Assembly: GCA_035479795.1 (NCBI GenBank)
Contig: DATIII010000008.1
Coordinates: forward strand, 30,487-94,486
Reading direction: 5' to 3'
DNA from: Candidatus Saccharimonadales bacterium
GTDB lineage: Bacteria; Patescibacteriota; Saccharimonadia; UBA4664; SCTI01
Length of the DNA stretch: 64,000 bases
Shown: in pieces, positions 41,084-50,904 of the stretch
Position numbering within the stretch: position 1 is the stretch's first letter
Layout: every line of letters begins with the position of its first letter
Notes under the pieces: generated by a model
Database searches by the model: none
Told to the model about the DNA's origin: nothing
The model's input: only the letters and a program-made list of their open reading frames with translations
Translations under genes and position numbers: made by a program

Positions 41084-41623
41084 TTATGATACCTGAAGAT
41101 TTTTGTAAAACGCTAACTGAGGGTCACCATATTTTTTGACCTTTACTAGGCGTATATCTTCTAGCTCAAAATCATCTTCCTGCCGGGGGTACTCTACCAC
41201 CAATACCCCTTCTGGGTTTAAGAGATGTCCTAGCCGGCTCAAGGTATGTCGATCGAGCACCGAGTATGGCGGCATCGCAAATATGAGATCAAACTTCTGG
41301 CCAGAGTGGGCATCAAGCCACGACTCGACCCTGGTTGCAGCCAGTTTCAACTTATGCCCTAAATTGAGGTTTTGATTATTTTTTCTAATGGCATCAATTG
41401 CTTCGGAGCCAAGTTCAATGGCTATTACACTATCAGCACCACGGCTAATGGCTTCAATCCCTAAGGCGCCACTACCCGCATAGGCATCAAGGACTGACAG
41501 CCCATCGATCGGCCCCAATATATCGAAAAGGGCGCCACGAGTCTTTGCTGTCATCGGACGAGTCAATCGCGTAGACGGACTGACAAGAGGCCGCCCCTTT
41601 AGAGACCCAGACACTACCCGCAT
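41084..41623 (-). CDS. rsmD: 16S rRNA (guanine966-N2)-methyltransferase RsmD
   Basis: DAYAGSGALGIEAISRGA SAM-binding motif and an RsmD-length protein. Confidence 0.8.
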   Translation of the reverse strand: MRVVSGSLKGRPLVSPSTRLTRPMTAKTRGALFDILGPIDGLSVLDAYAGSGALGIEAISRGADSVIAIELGSEAIDAIRKNNQNLNLGHKLKLAATRVESWLDAHSGQKFDLIFAMPPYSVLDRHTLSRLGHLLNPEGVLVVEYPRQEDDFELEDIRLVKVKKYGDPQLAFYKNLQVS

Positions 41624-42474
41624 TACTTTTTGGCTTTGGCTTTACCAGGCGTTACCGCGTCGATTTTGGCTGCATCTAAGCCGGCTTCCAGATAGGCTAG
41701 CAACCAAATGATGGCAATGGTTTGAGCGGTTTGAGGGGCCAGTCGATTCTTCACCAATCGCGCCAGCTCACCATTCCACCCATGGTTATAGAATTTGTCG
41801 TACATTTCCAGCTTAGCGATATCACGCGACTCTTCTTTAAAGAACGTAATCGCCCCTACTTGCCGGGCATGGGCCAATTTAACTGGATCGAGCTGGACTT
41901 TAATCTTCTGGGCCAGCAGAGCAGTGGCGACTCCCATTTCAAAGTTAAAATGAGTGGTTAATAAACCCTTGCCACCCCAGATCGCCCAGCCGCGGCGAAC
42001 AGCATCGGCCGGCGTATCGCCCTTACCAACCACCTTGTGTTTAAAAAAGCTGGAACCCGGATTGGGCTCTTTCGATGAATGCTCGGCGATCTTGTCTTCT
42101 AGGGGAAAATGATGGGCCGGCGTTAGGCCGTCACAAATGTAATGAGCCATCCAAGAAGCTTCGAATGCAGCGCGTACATTGTCGCCATTCTTTAAAGCCG
42201 CCACCAGTTGAGTGTAATGACCTTTTATATGATCTGGGATTGGACCAACATCGGTCACCGGATTATAGAGATGGCTGGGTTCGTGCTTCCCTGGGGATTT
42301 AACTTTTAATCCATCCGGACCATTAATACCTTCAAAGTGCAGTATCTGACGCAACGTCGGGAAGGTGCCGTCGGCAAAATAAGGCGAGGCAACCCTGTAG
42401 GCCGCCATATCAAAACGCTGGTGAACGCCGATGGCAGCCACGGTTTTGCGAGATGAAATAAAGCCTGAGTACAT
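41623..42474 (-). CDS. Zinc-dependent phospholipase C / S1-P1 nuclease superfamily protein
   Basis: AHYICDGLTPAHH resembles the HY(L/V)GDxxQPxH zinc-ligand motif of the PLC/P1 nuclease fold. Confidence 0.5.
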   Translation of the reverse strand: MYSGFISSRKTVAAIGVHQRFDMAAYRVASPYFADGTFPTLRQILHFEGINGPDGLKVKSPGKHEPSHLYNPVTDVGPIPDHIKGHYTQLVAALKNGDNVRAAFEASWMAHYICDGLTPAHHFPLEDKIAEHSSKEPNPGSSFFKHKVVGKGDTPADAVRRGWAIWGGKGLLTTHFNFEMGVATALLAQKIKVQLDPVKLAHARQVGAITFFKEESRDIAKLEMYDKFYNHGWNGELARLVKNRLAPQTAQTIAIIWLLAYLEAGLDAAKIDAVTPGKAKAKK

Positions 42475-42489
42475 TATGCTCCCAAAATT

Positions 42490-44529
42490 TTAGTCGAGAG
42501 ACGTTACGCTTTTAAGGCGATTTATCCGCTCGACAACTTGAGGATATTGTAGCATGTCAGATTTGGACGTCACAAAGTCTTCGGCTGCGGCGCGTACAGC
42601 GGCCACCAGCCGACTGTCACCTAGATCCGCCATATCAAGCTCCAACATACCGTGCTGCCGACGACCATAAATCTGACCCGGACCACGTAATTCGAGATCG
42701 ATCTGAGCCAGCCGAAAACCGTCGTGCGTCCGCTCCAGCGCCTGTAGCCGCTCAACCACTCCCGGCGCAGTTGAATCACTAGCCACCATACAGTAAGAAC
42801 GATGCTCACCGCGTCCGACCCGCCCCCGCAACTGGTGCAAGGCCGCTAAGCCAAAGCGTTCGGCCCCCTCTATGAGCATGATGGTGGCATTGGGCACATC
42901 AATGCCCACCTCTATGACACTGGTGGCGACCAAGATATTGATTTCGCCTGCCGCAAACTTCTGCATGATCTCGTCGCGCTCGGGCGCCTTCATCCGCCCA
43001 TGCATGACCGCAATGGAGCGTCTCGCAAATGGCCCGGCCTTGAGTCGCTCGGCCTCGGCCGTTACGCTTTTGGCACCCGTCAGATCCGAGTCTTCAATCA
43101 GCGGACAAACCACAAACACCTGGCGGCCGCTCGAGATTTGTTTGTTAATAAAGTCGTACATTAGCTCACGATCTTTAGGCTGAATAACTTTAGTACCAAT
43201 CGGCTGCCGGCCAGGCGGCAGTTCGTCGATAACCGACAGATCAAGGTCGCCGTAGACCGTCAGAGTCAAGCTACGTGGAATGGGCGTGGCCGTCATACTC
43301 AAAAGATGCGGCAGATGGCCGGCTTTTTGTTTCAAGGCCTGGCGTTGCTCCACGCCAAAGCGGTGTTGTTCGTCAATAACAACCAAACCGAGATTTTTGA
43401 ACTTAACTTGTTCGCTAACCAGTGCATGCGTCCCGATCATCAGTTGGGCGCTGCCATTGGCTGCGGCGTCTAGAGCTTGCTGCTTAGCGGCGGCCGGTAA
43501 GCGGCCAAGCAGCAGCTCCGATTTGATGCCAAGTTTTTTCAGTAAGGGAGCTAGCTTCTGGAAATGCTGACGCGCCAGAATATCCGTTGGCACCATCAGG
43601 GCTGCCTGATAGCCGCTGGCAATGGCCATGGCGGCGGCTAAGATTGCCACCATGGTTTTACCAGACCCCACATCGCCTTCGAGCAGTCGGTTCATTGGCT
43701 GCTCGCCGGCCATATCATTAAGAATCTGCCAAGCCGCTTGACGCTGACCATTGGTCAGCTCAAAGTCGAGAGCACCAGTGAATCGCCTAGCCTCAGCCAC
43801 GTCCAGCTTAACCTTGGGTGCCGGCTCAGTTTTAATTTCGTGCTTGATCGCCAAGCTGGCCGCGATAATAAAAAACAGCTCCTCAAAGCCCAACCGGTAC
43901 CTGGCCTTGCGCATCGAATCTTCGCTAGAAGGAGCATGCACCTCTTTGACAGCCTCGGCTCGAGACATTAGCTTGGCTTTTTTAACCACTTGCTCTGGCA
44001 AAACCTCTGGCAGATCATCAGTTAGGTTCAGTAGCGGCATTATTAAATTTCGTAGTTGTTTGGAAGTCAGCCCTTCGGTCTCTGGGTAAACCGCGACAAT
44101 CCGGCCGGTGTGTTTAGACTCCCCGCCCTCATCCTTTTCGATAGCTGGAGTCTGCAGAGCCAGATCACTATTTCGAAACTCCAGCTTACCCGAAACCATA
44201 ACGGGCGTCCCGGGCGGGAACTGGCGCACTAAAAACGGCTGATTAAACCAAACAGCCTTGGCCGTACCGGTGGCATCACTAATAATGGCTTCGGTAATAC
44301 TTAGCCGGCGGTTGCGCCCACGGCGGCTGGCAATCTGAGCAACCTGCCCGCGGAAGGTGACCGGACCGGGCTTCATCGACCTGATCGGGATAATTTGGGA
44401 GAAGTCTTCGTAGCGCCGCGGAAAATGATTAAGCAGGTCGCCAACCGCCTTTATACCTAAGCGCTCTAGTTTGGCAGCCATAGTCGGGCCAACGCCACCC
44501 AGCGTTTCCACCCGCACGTTTAAGTTCAT
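42490..44529 (-). CDS. recG: ATP-dependent DNA helicase RecG
   Basis: Wedge/OB N-domain, DVGSGKTMVA Walker A, DEQHRFG, and helicase motifs. Confidence 0.92.
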   Translation of the reverse strand: MNLNVRVETLGGVGPTMAAKLERLGIKAVGDLLNHFPRRYEDFSQIIPIRSMKPGPVTFRGQVAQIASRRGRNRRLSITEAIISDATGTAKAVWFNQPFLVRQFPPGTPVMVSGKLEFRNSDLALQTPAIEKDEGGESKHTGRIVAVYPETEGLTSKQLRNLIMPLLNLTDDLPEVLPEQVVKKAKLMSRAEAVKEVHAPSSEDSMRKARYRLGFEELFFIIAASLAIKHEIKTEPAPKVKLDVAEARRFTGALDFELTNGQRQAAWQILNDMAGEQPMNRLLEGDVGSGKTMVAILAAAMAIASGYQAALMVPTDILARQHFQKLAPLLKKLGIKSELLLGRLPAAAKQQALDAAANGSAQLMIGTHALVSEQVKFKNLGLVVIDEQHRFGVEQRQALKQKAGHLPHLLSMTATPIPRSLTLTVYGDLDLSVIDELPPGRQPIGTKVIQPKDRELMYDFINKQISSGRQVFVVCPLIEDSDLTGAKSVTAEAERLKAGPFARRSIAVMHGRMKAPERDEIMQKFAAGEINILVATSVIEVGIDVPNATIMLIEGAERFGLAALHQLRGRVGRGEHRSYCMVASDSTAPGVVERLQALERTHDGFRLAQIDLELRGPGQIYGRRQHGMLELDMADLGDSRLVAAVRAAAEDFVTSKSDMLQYPQVVERINRLKSVTSLD

Positions 44530-45704
44530 TACTTAACCTTGAGTTTGACGAAGCGGCGTTTGCCCACCTGGATTACGTCGCCGCTTTTAACCTTAAGTCC
44601 AGCCTCGGCAACGGTTTTGTCGTTATGACGTACGCCGTTTTGAGCTATCAGTCGCCTGGCCTCCGACTTGCTTTCGGCGAGCTTGAGACCGACTAGCAAT
44701 TCAACCGGATCCCAATCTTTTTTATCAACTACCTGCTCGTCCATATCTTCGGGCTTATGACCCTCGCGAAACTGTCGGTTAAAGGCAGCTTCAGCAGCTT
44801 CAGCAGCGGCATCGCCATGGTATATGCGCACAACCTCGCGGGCCAGCGAAGCCTTGGTGTCTCTAGGGTTGACTCCCGCTGCCAGATCCCTCACCACCTC
44901 CTTAATCACGGCCTCATCCACATCCGTACAAACACGGTAGTATTGCTCAATTAGCTGATCTTTGATGGCCATTATTTTCCCAAACATGTCAGCCGGCGCG
45001 TCAGTAATGTAGATAGTGTTACCCCAAGAGGTCGACATCTTTCGTCCATCAGCGCCCTCAAGCAGATCAAAGGTCAGCACGTTCTGGGGATCTTGGCCGT
45101 AGTATTTCTGCACCGTTCGTCCAGCCATCAGGTTGAAGAGTTGGTCGGTGCCGCCAATCTCCACATCCGCCTTGACTGCCACCGAGTCATAGCCCTGCAA
45201 GATGGGATAGAGGAATTCGTGCAAGCCGATTGGTTTCTTTTCTTTAAACCTCAGGGCGTAGTTCTCTCGCTCGATCATCTGGGCCACCGTAAACTGCTGA
45301 GCCAGCGCGATAATCTCATCAAACGGCAGCTTAGACAGCCATTCCGAGTTATGGCGAAGCTCCACCTTATCCATATCCAGAATCTGGCCGAGTTGGGTAT
45401 TATAGTCGGCCATATTAGCCTTAATCTGCTCGGCACTCAGTGGCTGCCGTTCGCTGGTCTTGTCAGAGGCGTCCCCGATGCGAGCTGTAAAATCACCAAT
45501 AATCAAAACGATTTGGTGCCCCATATCTTGCAGATTTTTCAGCCGGCGGATGGTCGATGCGCGACCCAAATGCAGCACCGGCCCGGTGGGATCAATGCCA
45601 AATTTAACCCGTAGCTTTTGGCCATCGAGCTTGGCTTCGAGGTCCTTTTTAACAACGGCGTCATGAGCGCGCCCGAGCAGCATGGCTTTCATGATTTTCA
45701 TCAT
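44529..45704 (-). CDS. tyrS: Tyrosine--tRNA ligase
   Basis: HLGR (HIGH-like) motif, KMSTS, and a C-terminal S4 domain. Confidence 0.88.
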   Translation of the reverse strand: MMKIMKAMLLGRAHDAVVKKDLEAKLDGQKLRVKFGIDPTGPVLHLGRASTIRRLKNLQDMGHQIVLIIGDFTARIGDASDKTSERQPLSAEQIKANMADYNTQLGQILDMDKVELRHNSEWLSKLPFDEIIALAQQFTVAQMIERENYALRFKEKKPIGLHEFLYPILQGYDSVAVKADVEIGGTDQLFNLMAGRTVQKYYGQDPQNVLTFDLLEGADGRKMSTSWGNTIYITDAPADMFGKIMAIKDQLIEQYYRVCTDVDEAVIKEVVRDLAAGVNPRDTKASLAREVVRIYHGDAAAEAAEAAFNRQFREGHKPEDMDEQVVDKKDWDPVELLVGLKLAESKSEARRLIAQNGVRHNDKTVAEAGLKVKSGDVIQVGKRRFVKLKVK

Positions 45705-45746
45705 ACCATAGGGGATACAACGCCCTCCGAGCGTAAGAACTTAGGC

Positions 45747-45775
45747 TTGGCGCCGTGGATGCCGCTCTATATAAT
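45747..45775 (+). promoter_or_regulatory. Candidate sigma70 promoter for the PBP1A gene, possibly producing a leaderless mRNA
   Basis: TTGGCG at 45747-52, a 17-nt spacer, then TATAAT at 45770-75. The in-frame ATGs at 45776 and 45782 lie 1-7 nt downstream, and there is no RBS. Confidence 0.35.
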
Positions 45776-48508
45776 ATGGTCATGGCAAAACGTCGCGTTA
45801 TTCGCGGGGGAACAAAGGGTCTAAAAGCCAGCATTAAGCGGTTTTTAACCTCATTTACACCAAACGGCTTCAAGCGCTATTGGTTGAATGCTGATGGCGC
45901 GCGGCGCTTCGGCAAGATTGCTGGTATGGGAGCCCTACTGGTCTTCTTAGTATTCCTGTACTTCGCCAAGGACCTGCCCAGCCCTGGAAAGATTAATGCT
46001 CGCATTGGATCGCAAAATACCGAATTCTACGACCGCACCGGCAAGGTGAAGATCTACGAAGTCCACGGCGATAAAAACCGTCGGGTCATACCGTTTAATG
46101 ACATCCCGAAAAATGTTAAAGATGCCACCATTGCCATCGAGGATCGGAACTTCTACAAGCACGGCGCCTTTAGCCCACTCGGAATCTTGCGAGCGGCCTT
46201 TGTCGACGTGACTAGTCGCGGTGTGCACCAAGGTGGTTCAACAATTACGCAGCAGTATGTCAAAAATGCCTTGCTCGACCCGACCGATCGATCATTCACC
46301 CGCAAAATCAAAGAGCTGATCCTTTCGATGGAAATGGAGGCGCTCTATAAAAAAGATGACATTCTCAAGCTCTACCTAAATGAGATTCCCTATGGCAACC
46401 AAGCTTACGGTATTGAGTCGGCTTGTCGCACCTATTTTCCAGAGAACACCAAGGATGATAAATGTGCGGCCAACCTAACCCTGCGCCAAGCCACCATGTT
46501 GGCAGCCATTCCCAACCTACCCACCTATTACTCTCCTTACGGTCTCCACCAAGATGCCCTAGTGGGCCGCCAAAACCATATCCTTGATCTAATGGTTGAG
46601 CAAAAGATGCTTTCTAAAGGCGAGGCCCAGGGTGCCAAGGTGAGTGTGGCCACCTTGGCCAGCGATACCAGCTTGGCTGCTCGGCCACATACCCAGACCG
46701 CCACCAGCCCGTATCCCCACTTCGCCCAGTACGCCGAAGATTTTCTGATCAATAAATATAATTCCAACATCGTTGAAAACGGCGGTCTTAAGGTGATAAC
46801 CACCCTCGACCTGGATAAGCAAAAGCTGGCGCAGGACGCCGTTAATCGCGGCATGCGCAATGTGCGGGCACTGGGTGGATCGAATGTGGCCCTGGTTTCA
46901 GCCGATCCCAAAACCGGTCAAGTCCTAGCCATGCTTGGCTCCTATGATGCCAACGACCCAGATTTCGGCGCGTTTAATGTAGCCCTGGCTAATCGTCAGC
47001 CAGGATCGAGCTTTAAGCCCTTCGTTTATTCCACGGCTTGGGCCCAGAATAAAAATGGCTGCGCCACTGTAACCGCCTATTGCCCAACCTGGGGACCAGG
47101 TTCAACCATTTATGATGTGCCGACCGACTTTGGTGGCGGCTACAAGCCTAAAAACTTTGCCGGCCATAACTTTGGTGTCCAATCGATGCGCACAGCTCTG
47201 GACGGTTCGCTTAATATCCCAGCCGTCAAAACGCTCTACATTGCCGGTGTGGCTAACTCGATTAAAACCGCCCATTCGCTGGGAATCACCACCTTAAACG
47301 ACAATCCCGGTGACTACGGCCTCAGTTTGGTGCTGGGTTCTGGCGAGGTGAAACTCAACGACATGGTGAATGCCTACGAAAGCTTTGCCAACACCGGCGT
47401 GCACTACGAGGCGACACCGATATTGAAAGTTACTGATCCGCACAATCGCACGTTGGAAGACAATTCCAAACCAAAGTCGAAGCGAGTGCTTGATCAGCAG
47501 ATCGCCTATTTGATGGCCAATGTTCTGAGTGACAACAAGTCTCGAGCCTTTGTGTTTGGATCGAACAACCCCTTAAACATCCCTGGACGTCATGTAGGTG
47601 CTAAAACTGGAACAACCGAACTCTTTAACGACGCCTGGACCATGGGCTTTTCGCCCGACCTAGTAACGGGCGTCTGGTCCGGCAATAACAATAATAAGCC
47701 GATGTCCAGCCAGGCCGCCAACATTGCAGCCCCAATCTGGAATGACTACATGCGTAACGCTCTGAAAGACTACCCGGTAGATAGCGACTTTGCGAAACCA
47801 TCCGGCATAAAGACGGTTACTCTAGATTCTAATACCGGTAAGCTCCCCGGCCCCAACACCAAGTCGACTCGAACCGACATTTTTCCAAGCTGGTACAAAC
47901 CAGAAAATACGGCTGGCAGTCGCACCGCCAATGTCGATAAAGTCTCCGGCAAGTTGGCCACCAGCTGTACTCCCCCGGGCGCGGTTGAAAGCCGTACTTC
48001 TTCAGAAATGCATGCCGAACTGGCGCCCACCGACCCATCCTACTCGCGCTGGGAGGCGCCTATAGCCGCCCTGGCCAAGACCCTTGGTTATGATGCAGGT
48101 GGTGCGCTACCAACGGATAATGACGATGTCCACCATTGCGACGATATTAAGCCGACGGTCAAGGTAAAGTCCACAGATTCTAGCCCGTCGGGGACCTTCA
48201 GTATCAAGGCCGATGTCACCTCTGGCACCTTCCCGGCCAACAATTTAACGATCTACAGCGATGATCAGGTAATCTCCACGCAAGCCATTAGCGGCAGTAC
48301 CAGCTACTCATTTGAATACGCCGCGCCGGCTGGTAGCCATACGATCAAGGCTGTAGTAACCGATACGGGACTGTATAGCGGCGATGACGAGACAACTTTG
48401 ACTTCAACGGGTGCCAGTTCTGGGGGTGCTGGCGGAACCACTGGGTTTCGTTGGCCTGACGCCCGCAAATGGATCCCAGTTCTCTCCCACCTCAGCTATT
48501 ACATTTAG
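45755..48508 (+). CDS. Penicillin-binding protein 1A (bifunctional glycosyltransferase/transpeptidase)
   Basis: GT51 motif IAIEDRNFYKHGAFSPLGILRA, transpeptidase motifs SSFKP, SLN and KTGT, and C-terminal Ig-like domains. The start is uncertain: GTG 45755, ATG 45776 or ATG 45782. The 3' end appears frameshifted (see 48411..48683). Confidence 0.9.
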   Translation: MDAALYNMVMAKRRVIRGGTKGLKASIKRFLTSFTPNGFKRYWLNADGARRFGKIAGMGALLVFLVFLYFAKDLPSPGKINARIGSQNTEFYDRTGKVKIYEVHGDKNRRVIPFNDIPKNVKDATIAIEDRNFYKHGAFSPLGILRAAFVDVTSRGVHQGGSTITQQYVKNALLDPTDRSFTRKIKELILSMEMEALYKKDDILKLYLNEIPYGNQAYGIESACRTYFPENTKDDKCAANLTLRQATMLAAIPNLPTYYSPYGLHQDALVGRQNHILDLMVEQKMLSKGEAQGAKVSVATLASDTSLAARPHTQTATSPYPHFAQYAEDFLINKYNSNIVENGGLKVITTLDLDKQKLAQDAVNRGMRNVRALGGSNVALVSADPKTGQVLAMLGSYDANDPDFGAFNVALANRQPGSSFKPFVYSTAWAQNKNGCATVTAYCPTWGPGSTIYDVPTDFGGGYKPKNFAGHNFGVQSMRTALDGSLNIPAVKTLYIAGVANSIKTAHSLGITTLNDNPGDYGLSLVLGSGEVKLNDMVNAYESFANTGVHYEATPILKVTDPHNRTLEDNSKPKSKRVLDQQIAYLMANVLSDNKSRAFVFGSNNPLNIPGRHVGAKTGTTELFNDAWTMGFSPDLVTGVWSGNNNNKPMSSQAANIAAPIWNDYMRNALKDYPVDSDFAKPSGIKTVTLDSNTGKLPGPNTKSTRTDIFPSWYKPENTAGSRTANVDKVSGKLATSCTPPGAVESRTSSEMHAELAPTDPSYSRWEAPIAALAKTLGYDAGGALPTDNDDVHHCDDIKPTVKVKSTDSSPSGTFSIKADVTSGTFPANNLTIYSDDQVISTQAISGSTSYSFEYAAPAGSHTIKAVVTDTGLYSGDDETTLTSTGASSGGAGGTTGFRWPDARKWIPVLSHLSYYI

Positions 48509-48683
48509 CTGGAGTGCTTTCGGGGGGTCATACACCCTTATTATTACCGGTCCAGATGATAAGAATGTATCAACCGGTTCCAATTCTTACACCTGGACGG
48601 GCGTCCACTCTAAAGGAAGTTACAGTTGGCGGGTCACATCGAGGGGTAAATCAACACCGACCTACCACTTTTCAATTCATTAA
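48411..48683 (+). other. Probable continuation of PBP1A in the +1 frame (Ig-like beta-sandwich domain); apparent frameshift near the G5 run at ~48425-48429
   Basis: The frame-0 tail after ~48430 (AGGTTGFRWPDARKWIPVLSHLSYYI*) looks random. The +1 frame reads the domain-like AEPLGFVGLTPANGSQFSPTSAITFSWSAFGGSYTLIITGPDDKNVSTGSNSYTWTGVHSKGSYSWRVTS. Confidence 0.5.
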
Positions 48684-49513
48684 GCGTCTAGTTGGTGACC
48701 GTTGGTTAGCTCGACCAGGCTGGATTCGAGCTGCTTGGTAGTTGAGGGCCGGCGTGAATGGCTGCGCTTCGGCTTTCCTGGTCTGTCTGTCTTTGCGCTT
48801 TGATTATTCGGGCTTCGAGTCGGCCTGACTTTTGAATCTCGCTGGGCGTCCTTTGTAACTTTAGGCTTTAGATGTTCAGACTTGGGCTTAGGCACGTCTT
48901 TGGATTGCCTTGAACTCGGCTGATTAATAGGAACGGCGAACAGCATCTTACCGGCCACGGTCTGAAAAACCCGAGTGATTTCGGTGTCGACATCTTGGCC
49001 GATGAGCTTATCACCCTTGTCCACCACAATCATGGTGCCGTCGGTCAGATAGCCCACTCCTTGGTTTTTCTCCTTACCCGGCTGGACCACCCTTACCATC
49101 ATGCGCTCGCCAGGTAGAACAACCGGGCGGACGGCATTGGCCAGCTCATTGATGTTTAAAACCCGAACACCTTCGATCGAAGCCACCCGGTTGAGGTTGT
49201 AGTCAGTGGTCAGGATGTGAGCACCCAGAATCCGGCCCAAGCGGACCAGCTTATGATCGACTTCGGCAATCTCGGGCACATCGTCTTCAATTATTTCCAT
49301 TTCCACACCTTTGGTCTCACGGATGGAGGTCAGGGTCTCTAGGCCGCGGCGGCCGCGACTGCGCCGCATAGCATCGGCTGAGTCGGCAATGTTTTGGAGC
49401 TCGGCCAGGACAAACCGGGGCACGAGCAATTTGCCGGGAACAAACCCAGCCTTGGCGATATCGCCGATCCGACCATCAATAATAACTGATGTATCGACTA
49501 ATATTGGTTGCAA
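48680..49513 (-). CDS. yacL: PIN/TRAM-domain protein (YacL-like)
   Basis: N-terminal PIN ([16 protein letters not shown]…) and TRAM-like domains. It is downstream of radA, as in the Bacillus clpC-radA-disA-yacL cluster. Confidence 0.75.
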   Translation of the reverse strand: MQPILVDTSVIIDGRIGDIAKAGFVPGKLLVPRFVLAELQNIADSADAMRRSRGRRGLETLTSIRETKGVEMEIIEDDVPEIAEVDHKLVRLGRILGAHILTTDYNLNRVASIEGVRVLNINELANAVRPVVLPGERMMVRVVQPGKEKNQGVGYLTDGTMIVVDKGDKLIGQDVDTEITRVFQTVAGKMLFAVPINQPSSRQSKDVPKPKSEHLKPKVTKDAQRDSKVRPTRSPNNQSAKTDRPGKPKRSHSRRPSTTKQLESSLVELTNGHQLDA

Positions 49514-49525
49514 GTATTATTTCTC

Positions 49526-50869
49526 CTATGGCGTCTTGATGGCGGCTTCGACGGCGCTGGCCACGGTTTTAACCGAGCTCAGGCCTTCCGTTTGCTTAGC
49601 ACTGGGGCCAACGGCGTAGCGGAAGCCTAAATTTTTGGCTTCCTTAAGCCGCCCAGACACATTATTAACGGACCTGATTTCTCCGCTTAAGCCAACTTCG
49701 CCGAATGCAATTAGATTATGGGCAACCGGTACATTTTTGTACGCAGAGGCGATTGCCAAAATGATAGCAAGGTCGGCAGCTGGTTCGCTGATCTTCAGAC
49801 CGCCTACGATATTAACATAAATATCTTGATCTGACAAGTTGAGGCTGGCGCGCTTTTGGAGTACCGCCACCAGTAGATTCAACCGGTTGAGGTCGAAGCC
49901 GGCCGCCGTTCGCTTGGGATAGCCAAAGGCTGTTTTGGACACCAAGGCTTGGACTTCCACTAAGATTGGACGGGTCCCTTCAACCGTAGCCAAGACCACC
50001 GAGCCTGGTGCCTCCTGGCGCTCGGCCAGCAGGGCGGCTGACGGATTTGGAACCGGCTGCAGACCCTTGTCGGTCATCTCAAAAATGCCGACTTCACTGG
50101 TGGAGCCAAACCGGTTTTTGATACCGCGCAGCGCCTTAAAGGCCCCATAGCGATCACCTTCTAAATAGAGAACCACATCAACCAAATGCTCCAAAATCTT
50201 CGGTCCAGCGATGCTACCCTCCTTGGTCACATGCCCAATAATCAGGAGTGACACATGGCGCTGCTTGGCCACCCGCTGCAGTATTTGAGCACTGGCTGTG
50301 ATCTGTCCCACCGTCCCTGGGCTGCCCGTCAGTGAGTCTACCGCCATGGTCTGAATTGAGTCAATGATAACCAGTTGGTAGTCGTTTTGTTCGATCGTCG
50401 CCGCAATAGTGTCGACATTTGTCTCCGCTAGTAGCTCCAGGCCAGGAGAATCGACCCCTAATCTGTCACCACGCAGTTTAATTTGGCTGGCAGACTCCTC
50501 GCCACTGACGTACAGCACACGCCCAGACTGCCCAATCATAGCTGCAAGTTGCAAAGTAATCGTCGACTTGCCAATCCCCGGGTCGCCAGAAAGCAACATA
50601 ACTGAACCTGGTACTATTCCGCCACCCAAAACTTGATCCACCTCATTTATGCCGCAAGGTACCCTCGACTGTTGGCGGGCTGCCACATCGGTTAACTTTT
50701 CAGGTTTGGCCGCCTGTGCCGCTGAACGTTTTGAATGCCCAGCCGAAGATGCAGCCGTCTGCGTTTCTACCAAAGAATTCCAGGCGCCGCAGTCATCGCA
50801 TTTCCCGCTCCACTTCGGACGGGTGGCACCACAGCTCTGGCAGACAAATTGAGTACTAACTTTGGGCAT
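49526..50869 (-). CDS. radA: DNA repair protein RadA
   Basis: Zinc finger CQSCGATRPKWSGKCDDCGAWNS, Walker A GDPGIGKST, KNRFG motif, and a Lon-like C-terminal domain. Confidence 0.93.
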   Translation of the reverse strand: MPKVSTQFVCQSCGATRPKWSGKCDDCGAWNSLVETQTAASSAGHSKRSAAQAAKPEKLTDVAARQQSRVPCGINEVDQVLGGGIVPGSVMLLSGDPGIGKSTITLQLAAMIGQSGRVLYVSGEESASQIKLRGDRLGVDSPGLELLAETNVDTIAATIEQNDYQLVIIDSIQTMAVDSLTGSPGTVGQITASAQILQRVAKQRHVSLLIIGHVTKEGSIAGPKILEHLVDVVLYLEGDRYGAFKALRGIKNRFGSTSEVGIFEMTDKGLQPVPNPSAALLAERQEAPGSVVLATVEGTRPILVEVQALVSKTAFGYPKRTAAGFDLNRLNLLVAVLQKRASLNLSDQDIYVNIVGGLKISEPAADLAIILAIASAYKNVPVAHNLIAFGEVGLSGEIRSVNNVSGRLKEAKNLGFRYAVGPSAKQTEGLSSVKTVASAVEAAIKTP

Positions 50870-50904
50870 AGATTAAATCTACCACAAAGCGAACAAAAAG
50901 CGAA

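Noticed and set aside
45705-45754. T-box leader upstream of tyrS
   Set aside because: Only ~50 nt separate tyrS from the divergent PBP gene, which is too short for a T-box riboswitch (about 200-300 nt). No specifier/T-box sequence was seen.
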